Source: a virus | Taxonomy: Duplodnaviria > Caudoviricetes | Virus record (IMG/VR): IMGVR_UViG_3300049434_000096 | Location: 1 to 59,611 of that record | DNA: 59,611 bases | Strand: one strand, 5' to 3' | In this document: positions 8,392 to 15,602 of the stretch, piece by piece | Layout of the letters: the number at the start of each line of letters is the position of its first letter | How positions within the stretch are numbered: the stretch's first letter is position 1 | Translations under genes and position numbers: made by a program | Notes under the pieces: model-generated | Seen by the model: only the letters and a program-made list of their open reading frames with translations | Told to the model about the DNA's origin: nothing | The model's database searches: none

Positions 8392-8573
8392 GGCCGGAGC
8401 CGACCGAGGCGGACCTACAGGAGGCCGTGAGACGTGCTGAGGCCGCCGGGCTAAGCGTGAACGCGGCCAACCCCTATTCCCATGTCACGGGGCCAACGGT
8501 GCAGGCTGGCGGGCTCTTGTTCGGCTCATTCGCTTTCGTCGACTTTGCCGCGGCGCTTGAGACGCTCGCCTGA
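8388..8573 (+). CDS. Hypothetical protein
   Basis: GGAGGG SD, ATGA overlap. Confidence 0.5.
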   Translation: MRPEPTEADLQEAVRRAEAAGLSVNAANPYSHVTGPTVQAGGLLFGSFAFVDFAAALETLA

Positions 8574-8730
8574 TGCCCTTCCGATGGAAAACGCCGACTC
8601 GCCGCGGACGCTGGCTGCCGACGCGCAAGGAGGCCGGCGACGCGGCCGTCAGGGCGGGCGTCGCGAGCCGAGACGAGTTCAGCGGGCAGCCATATCTTCA
8701 TGTGCTGAGCGAGATTGAGGAGAAGATTTG

Positions 8731-8979
8731 ATGCCTGAACCGCAGTTTCGCCAATATCTACAGGGTGCCGATTGGGATGGGCGTTCCGCTGGAGTGACCT
8801 TAGGCAGCGACACCGACATCCAGCGTGAAGTGTTCAACTTCGGGCGCGACGGGATTCGCCTTTGGGTCGATGGGCGCGTCGCCCAAATCATGACCCTCAC
8901 TGTCATTCCCGATGGCGGCCTCCAGATCAGCCTTCGTGAAGTGCCGCTCTGGGCGATGGCGCCCCCTTCGAGGGAATGA
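8731..8979 (+). CDS. Hypothetical protein
   Basis: GAGGAG SD upstream. Confidence 0.55.
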   Translation: MPEPQFRQYLQGADWDGRSAGVTLGSDTDIQREVFNFGRDGIRLWVDGRVAQIMTLTVIPDGGLQISLREVPLWAMAPPSRE

Positions 8980-9115
8980 CGGCCCTACCCCCGTTCGATG
9001 GAAAGTGAGGTGCGCTTCCGATATTCGTCCCGCAAATGAGGGAGCAAAACCGGAAGCGGAACGCGAACCGCGCCGTATGACGGGCCGAGCCGGATGATGT
9101 GCAAGCCTAGAAAAG

Positions 9116-9222
9116 TGGGAGGCGGCAGGGATTCGAACCCTGGATTCTCTGGCCAGCCGCACGCGGGCTATCGGCCATAACTTTTCGCGTGCTCACCGTT
9201 CAGCCACTCCGGCACCGCGTCC
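9116..9222 (-). tRNA. Atypical tRNA-Ser(CGA)-like RNA, possibly a pseudo-tRNA
   Basis: D arm TGCCGGAGTGGCTGAACGG, perfect T arm CAGGG-TTCGAAT-CCCTG, long variable hairpin, ends CCA; anticodon stem poorly paired and U33 replaced. Confidence 0.7.
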
Positions 9223-9230
9223 CGCTGCGG

Positions 9231-9259
9231 CATCTACGCCGCCGGGCCGATTCGGTCAA
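9231..9259 (-). promoter_or_regulatory. Sigma70-type promoter for the tRNA-like gene
   Basis: TTGACC-N17-TAGATG on the minus strand, about 8 nt upstream of the tRNA 5' end. Confidence 0.65.
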
Positions 9260-9265
9260 CGCGCC

Positions 9266-10069
9266 TCAGAACATGCTCAATATCTCGAATTCCTTGTCGT
9301 ACCGAATTCCGGCCGGAGTGTCGCGGGCATGGGTCGCGACGAGCGCGTTCCGCATCCGCCCGAAATAGGTCTTGCGCTGGCGATAGACGCCCGACGTCGG
9401 ATCGAAGCACCACAGCACGACGCCGCGCTTGCCGAGCGCCTCCTCCATCGGCCCGAACTTGGTCTCGTAATCGGCCTCGCTGAGCCAGCCGAGCCGGAAC
9501 GACAGAGTGCGCCAGATCAGCCCGTCCTGCTCGTCGGCGATGCCCCAGCGCGTGAAGTCGATCGCGCCAAGATCCTCGGTGCCGCGCGCCCAGCCCGGAT
9601 TGTACCAGTTCGCCGGCGTCAGCTTCTGGCCCATGACCAGCATCGAGGCTTCGAAATCGCCGGTATGGCTGGCGATGTCGATGCGCCACCATTGCTTCGT
9701 CTGGACCGACGGCAGCTCGAGGTGGGAATGATAGAGGCCGTCGGTTCGCGTGATCGAGGGCGAGATGAACGGCAGGACGCCGCTGTCATAGTCGGCCGTC
9801 CCGTCGACCTCGGCCTGGGTGTCGCCGAGCCGGACCCTGATCGTCGTGGCCGCGATCGCGTTGGCCTGCATGACCGAAACGAAGTCGACCGGCTTGGCCG
9901 AGCCGAAATTGCCTCGGACCCACAGGCTCGACGAGCCGCTCGATTTCCACGTCAGCCCGGGTGCCTTGAACTGGCCGAGGAAGCTGGCGGGCTTGGCGGC
10001 GAGCTCGTTGCCCGAGGTGACGGTGCCGAGCGGCGTGGGAATGACGGCGAAGGGGAGCGCGATCGCCAT
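9266..10069 (-). CDS. Putative virion/tail protein
   Basis: Last gene of the late operon; TGATG overlap; beta-rich sequence. Confidence 0.65.
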   Translation of the reverse strand: MAIALPFAVIPTPLGTVTSGNELAAKPASFLGQFKAPGLTWKSSGSSSLWVRGNFGSAKPVDFVSVMQANAIAATTIRVRLGDTQAEVDGTADYDSGVLPFISPSITRTDGLYHSHLELPSVQTKQWWRIDIASHTGDFEASMLVMGQKLTPANWYNPGWARGTEDLGAIDFTRWGIADEQDGLIWRTLSFRLGWLSEADYETKFGPMEEALGKRGVVLWCFDPTSGVYRQRKTYFGRMRNALVATHARDTPAGIRYDKEFEILSMF

Positions 10070-11598
10070 CAGGCGAGCCCGGCCTTTTCGAGTCGCTCCT
10101 CGATCGCGGCGATGCGCCGACGCTGCCACGCCGCCTCGATCGCGAAGCACTCGTCGTAGCGCAGGCCCCAGCGGTCGCCGGCCTCCTGCACGACGCGGGT
10201 TTCGCCGGTGTCGACCCAGGCCGGATATTCCTCCGGCACCTCGACCATCTTCGCCTTGGTCTTGCGGACGCCCTCCTTGTTGGCCCGGCCGTAGGGAACT
10301 TGCATCTCGCGGGCGACCTTGCGGGTTTTCGTGACCTCCTCATAGACCGGCTCGGTCGTCCGCTCCCATTTGTCGTAGCAGAGCAGCCCGATCGCGAGCG
10401 CGTCGAGGCCGCGGCTCTTGAACACATCGCGGACGCGCTGGGCGACGGCGCCGATATGCCAGCGCGCCGCGTCACCCTTTTCCGCCACCGCATCCCTGAA
10501 CTTGAACCGGCACCATTCGACCTCACCCCAGGCGTCGAGCCATTCGTCGGGGATCCGGCCGATCTGCTCCTTCTCGCGCTCGTCGGACGTGTTGATCGTG
10601 CCGGTGCCGGCGTAGAGCGTGCGCGCGCGGAACGAGGCCGATCCGAGGTCCTGCGCATTGTCGGCCGCGGGGAGGATGTGCCCCGAGGCGTTGATCGAAA
10701 CCGACGCCGCGCCCGAGATATAGAAGCTGTGGGACGAAGCGCTGTAGCGGGCCGCGTCATAGGCTCCGGCGTTGCGGTTGTAGAATTGGACAAGGCTCGT
10801 GTTGGCTGTCGTGCCGGGGACGATCTCGACCCCTTCCGCGGCTGCGTTCGAAACGACGAGCTTGGCGAGCGGGTTGGCCGTGCCAACGCCGACGTTGCCG
10901 GACGAGGTGGCGAGGTTCGCGCCGACCGGCACGCTGAGCGACCCGACCAGCGTAAGGGCACCGGCGCCGGTCAGCGTCGCGGCGAGCGTCGTGCCGCCGT
11001 AGAACTTGAACGCCTCGGACGTCGTCGGAACGCCGAACCATGTCGCGTTTGTGTCGACGCCGATGGCATAGTCGGTGTGGCTGCCGTCGATCAGGGGATA
11101 GAGGACGAGTTTCGCGCCGGCGGAGCGGGTCGTGAAGGCCGGCGCCGCGCCGGTCGTGCCGTTGAAATTGATCCAGTTTCGCGCCGAGCCGATCAAAGAG
11201 AGAGACGGGACCGTTGCGCTGCCGGTGCGCGCGATCGTCATCGATCCACCAAAGGCGTTGGTGCCGGTATTGGTAGAGGTCCCGAAGGCTGTATTGCCGG
11301 TCGTCGCCACGTCTCCCGTGACATTGAGGCCGGGCGTGGCAATACCGCCCGCACCGATCGTGACCCAAGCCTGCGTCCCTGCATAATTGCCGAAAGCGAA
11401 AGCGTCGGCCAGGAACGAGCGGCTACCGGCCGGCCCCGTCCCCCACTTCAGCAGCGTGCCGATGTTGAAGTCGCCCGCGCTGTCCTTGTAGGGGATTAAC
11501 GACAGCGGGACGGCACGAAAATTGCCCCCGACCAGCCCGGGCAATCTATCGGCAGACGCGAGCGAGGGTGCCGCAGCTTGGCTGCTGAGTTCGGCCAT
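10069..11598 (-). CDS. Tail fibre/spike with C-terminal intramolecular chaperone (peptidase S74-like)
   Basis: G/T-rich repeats, NVGVGTANP; INTSDEREK, RWHIGAVAQ, GLRYDE chaperone motifs. Confidence 0.85.
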   Translation of the reverse strand: MAELSSQAAAPSLASADRLPGLVGGNFRAVPLSLIPYKDSAGDFNIGTLLKWGTGPAGSRSFLADAFAFGNYAGTQAWVTIGAGGIATPGLNVTGDVATTGNTAFGTSTNTGTNAFGGSMTIARTGSATVPSLSLIGSARNWINFNGTTGAAPAFTTRSAGAKLVLYPLIDGSHTDYAIGVDTNATWFGVPTTSEAFKFYGGTTLAATLTGAGALTLVGSLSVPVGANLATSSGNVGVGTANPLAKLVVSNAAAEGVEIVPGTTANTSLVQFYNRNAGAYDAARYSASSHSFYISGAASVSINASGHILPAADNAQDLGSASFRARTLYAGTGTINTSDEREKEQIGRIPDEWLDAWGEVEWCRFKFRDAVAEKGDAARWHIGAVAQRVRDVFKSRGLDALAIGLLCYDKWERTTEPVYEEVTKTRKVAREMQVPYGRANKEGVRKTKAKMVEVPEEYPAWVDTGETRVVQEAGDRWGLRYDECFAIEAAWQRRRIAAIEERLEKAGLA

Positions 11599-12050
11599 CA
11601 GATCATCTCCACATATTCGGCATTGATGGTGACCAGGTCGAGCGCGATCGAGAGCATGTCGGCGTTCTCGGCGACGCACCACGTCACGAAGCTGGTCCGG
11701 TCCTTGTCATGGTCCTGCGTGATCTCGACGATCGAGCCGACGAGGTTGGCGCCGCGCTCGGAGTCGATCACCGTCGCGGCCGGCGTGACCTGGCTGAAGT
11801 CGAGCGCGCCGGTGAAGTCGACGATCGAGTTGACCGTTGTCCGGAACCGGCGCCGGTCGCGCTTGAGCAGCTTGAAGCGCTGGTCGCACATGATCTGCGC
11901 GTCGGCGATGCTGTCGAAGAACGTCTCGACCGGCTCGGCGCCGGTGTCGCGCGCGTCCTCGCCGTAGCGGGTCTTGATCGCGTCGTCGGATGCGACGACT
12001 TCCCGGAACTGCTGGCGGATGAAGCCGATCCGGTCGGCCGTGGCTGGCAT
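11598..12050 (-). CDS. Putative minor tail protein
   Basis: Position in tail module; TGATG overlap. Confidence 0.6.
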   Translation of the reverse strand: MPATADRIGFIRQQFREVVASDDAIKTRYGEDARDTGAEPVETFFDSIADAQIMCDQRFKLLKRDRRRFRTTVNSIVDFTGALDFSQVTPAATVIDSERGANLVGSIVEITQDHDKDRTSFVTWCVAENADMLSIALDLVTINAEYVEMI

Positions 12051-12053
12051 GGA

Positions 12054-12146
12054 TCAGCCGCCAAACGGACCGGCGGCGATGGCGATGAACAGCAGGCTCG
12101 CCAGTACGGCGAGCGCCGCCGCTTTCGCGGTCAGCGAACTGAGCAT
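12054..12146 (-). CDS. Small single-TM peptide (30 aa)
   Basis: GGAGGAG SD; MLSSLTAKAAALAVLASLLFIAIAAGPFGG. Confidence 0.6.
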   Translation of the reverse strand: MLSSLTAKAAALAVLASLLFIAIAAGPFGG

Positions 12147-12175
12147 TTTTCTCCTCCGGTTTCGGTGGTTAGCGC

Positions 12176-12883
12176 TTAGGCCTTAGACTTTGTCTCGGCG
12201 GCGGCGGGACGGTCTGCCAGCGCCTCGGCCATCCCGACGGCGACGGGCGCGATGTGCCGCGTCGCCCAGGAAAGGGTGTGGTCGAGGTGGATCGGGATGC
12301 CGGCCTCGAACAGCCGCCGGCAGAAGAACGTATCCTCGCTCCCGGCCACGTCCAGGTCGTCGGTCAGGGCGAAGTCGAACATCGGGTAGATGCTGCGCCG
12401 GCCCTCTTTCGTCGCCTGCGCCTCGAGCCGCCCGATGATCGACATCCGCATCAGCACCATCGGAAAGCCGATCTGCAGGGCCTGGGCGACCCGCCCTTCC
12501 TCGGCGAACTGTTCCGGCGCGTATATGCGCTCGCCGTCCATCCCTCGCGCTGTAGGCAGATGCGGCCGCGACCTCGTCGGCTGGTTGATCCCGACCACGT
12601 CCCGGTCGACCATGAGAAGCCGGACCAGCGCCCACTCCGGAAAGACATGATCGCTGTCGAGCCAGAGCATGTAGTCTGCGCCCGACGCGATGCCGAGCTG
12701 AAGCAGGCGGTTGCGCACCATCGGCAGCTTGCCAATCTCGACCTTGGTGGTGAGCCGCGGCACGACCCGCTTGCCCGCGATCTCGACGCCGTCGGTCAGG
12801 GTCTTGGCGACCATCGCCGCGAGCGATTGGGCGAACCAGGCTTCGACCGTCCCGTCCGAGGGAATGGCGATGAAGACGTGCAT
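12176..12883 (-). CDS. GT-A fold (GT2-like) glycosyltransferase
   Basis: VFIAIPS, RNRL, YMLWLDSD (DxD), GSEDTFFCRR, IHLDH. Confidence 0.8.
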   Translation of the reverse strand: MHVFIAIPSDGTVEAWFAQSLAAMVAKTLTDGVEIAGKRVVPRLTTKVEIGKLPMVRNRLLQLGIASGADYMLWLDSDHVFPEWALVRLLMVDRDVVGINQPTRSRPHLPTARGMDGERIYAPEQFAEEGRVAQALQIGFPMVLMRMSIIGRLEAQATKEGRRSIYPMFDFALTDDLDVAGSEDTFFCRRLFEAGIPIHLDHTLSWATRHIAPVAVGMAEALADRPAAAETKSKA

Positions 12884-12924
12884 CTCAAGGCCTTAGCGCC
12901 GCGGCGCCCCGGGCGAAAGCCGGA

Positions 12925-13176
12925 TCAATCGCCGCTGGGCGGTTTGTAGCGGCCAGCCTCGCGCGACCGGTCGAACGCGGCGCGCCGCTTGTCGATCGCG
13001 TCCCTCGTCACCGCGTCGAGCTGCGCTTTCTCGGCCGCGAGTTCGGGCACACGGCCGAGGATGGGTGCCAGCGTGCCGGTGATCTTGTCGAACGTCGGCG
13101 AGTTGGCGCCCGCCGCCTTCGCGCCGTCGATCGCGAGGCCAACGAGCTGGCGGACCAGATTGATGTCGAAAGTCAT
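12925..13176 (-). CDS. Hypothetical protein in lysis region
   Basis: ATGA overlap, GGAAGG SD. Confidence 0.6.
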   Translation of the reverse strand: MTFDINLVRQLVGLAIDGAKAAGANSPTFDKITGTLAPILGRVPELAAEKAQLDAVTRDAIDKRRAAFDRSREAGRYKPPSGD

Positions 13177-13652
13177 GGCGTGGGCGTCCTTCCGATGCTG
13201 GCGTTGACCATTGCGGTCAATTGGCCGGTGTAGGTGTCCGCCTTCGCCAGATTGTCGGCGTAGGCGACGGCATCGCGCGCCTCGAACGCGGCCTCGGCCC
13301 GGTCGAGATGATGCTCGATCTTGCAACCCAAGGCCAACGCCCGCCCGCCTTCGTCGGTAATGACCGCGAGGTTGGCGATCACCATCGGGCAGAAGTTCGG
13401 ACGCGCGGTGTCCTGGTCCTGCGACCGCGCGATCTGGCCGGAGGTAAAGGCCATGGTCAGCGAGTCGGCCGCTGAGGCAGCGAGGTTGTTGGCGGCGGCC
13501 AGCTTCGACTGATCGAGCGGCGCGACGGCAGTTGGCGCCGCGCGCTGGCCGAACAGAAGTCCGGCCACGCTCAAGGCCGGAACGCCGACATCACGCAATG
13601 TTGCACAGCCGCTCAGCGACAGCGCGACCAAGGCAGCGAGAATGCGCTTCAT
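13173..13652 (-). CDS. Lipoprotein, possible spanin component
   Basis: MKRILAALVALSLSG-C lipobox. Confidence 0.65.
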   Translation of the reverse strand: MKRILAALVALSLSGCATLRDVGVPALSVAGLLFGQRAAPTAVAPLDQSKLAAANNLAASAADSLTMAFTSGQIARSQDQDTARPNFCPMVIANLAVITDEGGRALALGCKIEHHLDRAEAAFEARDAVAYADNLAKADTYTGQLTAMVNASIGRTPTP

Positions 13653-14266
13653 CGTCTGATCCTTCTCAGGTTGGGGCAATTTTCCCGATCGTCGGCGGTG
13701 CAGCGGACATCGTTCGGGCCGTAGCCAGGGGCCATTGCCGCCCGCTCGGTCACCGCCAGCTCGCGGTCGCTGACGTGGCCGCTGCGCATCGCCCGACTTA
13801 CCATCCGGCAGAAGTCCGACCGCCACTCGCAATAGGCTTGGGCCATGGTGTCGTTCGGATAGTCGGTCTCGGCCGCGACATCGTTCCAATAGGCGTTGTC
13901 GGGCTGAGGCGCGGTTTCGGCCGGGCAGGTATGAACGACGCCGTCGCCATCCGCGTCGACGAAGGCGTCGTAGTCTCCGGTGCAGAAGTCTTCGAGCGTC
14001 ATGACGACGCGATCCGGGCTGGGCGGGTTGTTCTCCTCACCGCAAGGCTCCGTGTCCCGAATGCCGAACGCGCAGCCGATCTGAGACAGGTGGCGCTCGA
14101 TGCGGCGCAGCTCGGCGGGCGTGACAATGCCGTCCGCCCGAGCTCGACGTGTCAGCGGGCAGATTTCCGCCTGGCGCTCGCAATAGAAGCCCTCCCAGTC
14201 GTAGCGGATGCGGGCTTCGTCGGCGGGGAGTGGAGCGCTGACGAGCGCGAGGGCGATCAGAATCAT
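13649..14266 (-). CDS. Secreted Cys-rich protein with internal repeat
   Basis: Hydrophobic N-terminus; two YCExxxxxC...G.V...EL...ER repeats. Confidence 0.65.
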   Translation of the reverse strand: MILIALALVSAPLPADEARIRYDWEGFYCERQAEICPLTRRARADGIVTPAELRRIERHLSQIGCAFGIRDTEPCGEENNPPSPDRVVMTLEDFCTGDYDAFVDADGDGVVHTCPAETAPQPDNAYWNDVAAETDYPNDTMAQAYCEWRSDFCRMVSRAMRSGHVSDRELAVTERAAMAPGYGPNDVRCTADDRENCPNLRRIRR

Positions 14267-14643
14267 GGCTTGGTCTCCTCAGTAATTGTGGCGGCCTCAT
14301 TTGCGGCCGCGTCGGCTACTTGGTCGGCCGCCTCCTTGGCGTCTCGCGGCGCGGGAGTGGCCGGCGGCGGTGGTTCGACCGGAGCAGAGGCGTGAAGCCT
14401 GTCGCTCATCTGGCCAACCTGCTGGTCCTGCCAAGCGGCCCGAATCGCGCCGACGATCTCCCGCGAGAACAGCAGGAGGCCGGTGGCGATCACGTTGAGC
14501 AGCCCTTCGCTGCCCTCGCCGGTCTCGGGCATGCCCCACAGGACGATCGCCGTGCCGAGGCCGATCAGGCCGGCGATGCTGAGGCCGGCAAGGACAAAGA
14601 GGGCGAACTTGTCGAGCCGGTTGTCCTTTAGGCGGTCCATCAT
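14263..14643 (-). CDS. Holin-like membrane protein
   Basis: Two TM segments, charged/Pro-rich tail. Confidence 0.55.
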   Translation of the reverse strand: MMDRLKDNRLDKFALFVLAGLSIAGLIGLGTAIVLWGMPETGEGSEGLLNVIATGLLLFSREIVGAIRAAWQDQQVGQMSDRLHASAPVEPPPPATPAPRDAKEAADQVADAAANEAATITEETKP

Positions 14644-14966
14644 CCGCCCCCGCGGAGCGGCGGCACCCGCTTTAGGTGCCGCCGAGCCTGTCGCACGGCG
14701 AGCCAGTTGTTGAACCGGTGCCGGGACATGCGGCCGACGAAGTAGACGGCGCAGCCGAGCCGGAGCAGGGTGCCGCTCCAGTCTTCGAACGGCGTCGGCG
14801 CCACCGACATGATCGGACCGATGGTAAGGATGCAGCCCGCGCCGACGGCGCCCATGCCGACGCGCTCGACAACGGTGAATCTCTCGGGCTTGCGCGCCAG
14901 CATGTATGCAAGGATGGTCGCGGCGAGCAGGCCGCTTGCCATGTTGATAATCGGCCAGGCCGTCAT
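14640..14966 (-). CDS. Three-TM membrane protein (holin-like)
   Basis: GAGGAG SD; MTAWPIINMASGLL...; basic C-terminus. Confidence 0.6.
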   Translation of the reverse strand: MTAWPIINMASGLLAATILAYMLARKPERFTVVERVGMGAVGAGCILTIGPIMSVAPTPFEDWSGTLLRLGCAVYFVGRMSRHRFNNWLAVRQARRHLKRVPPLRGGG

Positions 14967-15277
14967 TTCGGCTTCTCCTCGTTTTTGACGCCGAAGAAGC
15001 TGCCGAGCCATTTGACCCCGACCGGGATGAGGACGTTGGAACCGGTCGCCATCATATAATAGAGGCCGCCAAGGATACGCGCGTCGACCGGTCCGTCCCC
15101 GAATATCAGCTTCGCCGCCCACGGACCGACGAAGATCGCGAACGACGCGCCGGCTGTGAGGGCAAGGACGATCTCCCACCGCGTCATATCTTTGAACGGA
15201 CGGAATGACAGCGCGGTCAGGGCGCCGCCAAAGCTCGCCAGCAGGGTCCAAACGAAGGGGTGACTGCTATGCGGCAT
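14963..15277 (-). CDS. Holin-like membrane protein
   Basis: GGGGAGG SD; 2-3 TM segments; charged C-terminus. Confidence 0.6.
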   Translation of the reverse strand: MPHSSHPFVWTLLASFGGALTALSFRPFKDMTRWEIVLALTAGASFAIFVGPWAAKLIFGDGPVDARILGGLYYMMATGSNVLIPVGVKWLGSFFGVKNEEKPK

Positions 15278-15602
15278 CGGCCTCCCCTTCCCTTGATGTT
15301 GCCGGGCCGAGCCGCTTCGCGACCAGCTCGGCGATGATCTCGACCACTCCGCCGGGCAGCGACGCAACGAACCGCTCCGCCGCCTTCCGCTCGCGCGCGG
15401 CATGGTCCGCGACCCGCGCGGGATCCTTACGCCAGCGCCGCGCACGCAAGTCGTAATGCTCGGTCGCGAGGCAGCCGTGGCGCGACACCTTGACCTCGCG
15501 AAGGCCGTCCGGGTTCGCTCCGCCCTCGGTCGGCGAGCGGCGGCCGACGGTGCAGACCTGCTCCGCGATCGTGCCGTCGGCGCGGTAGAGGAGCCACTTC
15601 AT
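15267..15602 (-). CDS. Hypothetical protein (tail-associated)
   Basis: MKWLLYRADG...; ATGA overlap with the tail gene. Confidence 0.55.
   Translation of the reverse strand: MKWLLYRADGTIAEQVCTVGRRSPTEGGANPDGLREVKVSRHGCLATEHYDLRARRWRKDPARVADHAARERKAAERFVASLPGGVVEIIAELVAKRLGPATSREGEADAA

Noticed and set aside
9116-9160. tRNA 3' end as an attachment site
   Set aside because: No second copy in the window, far from the integrase, and phage genes continue on both sides.
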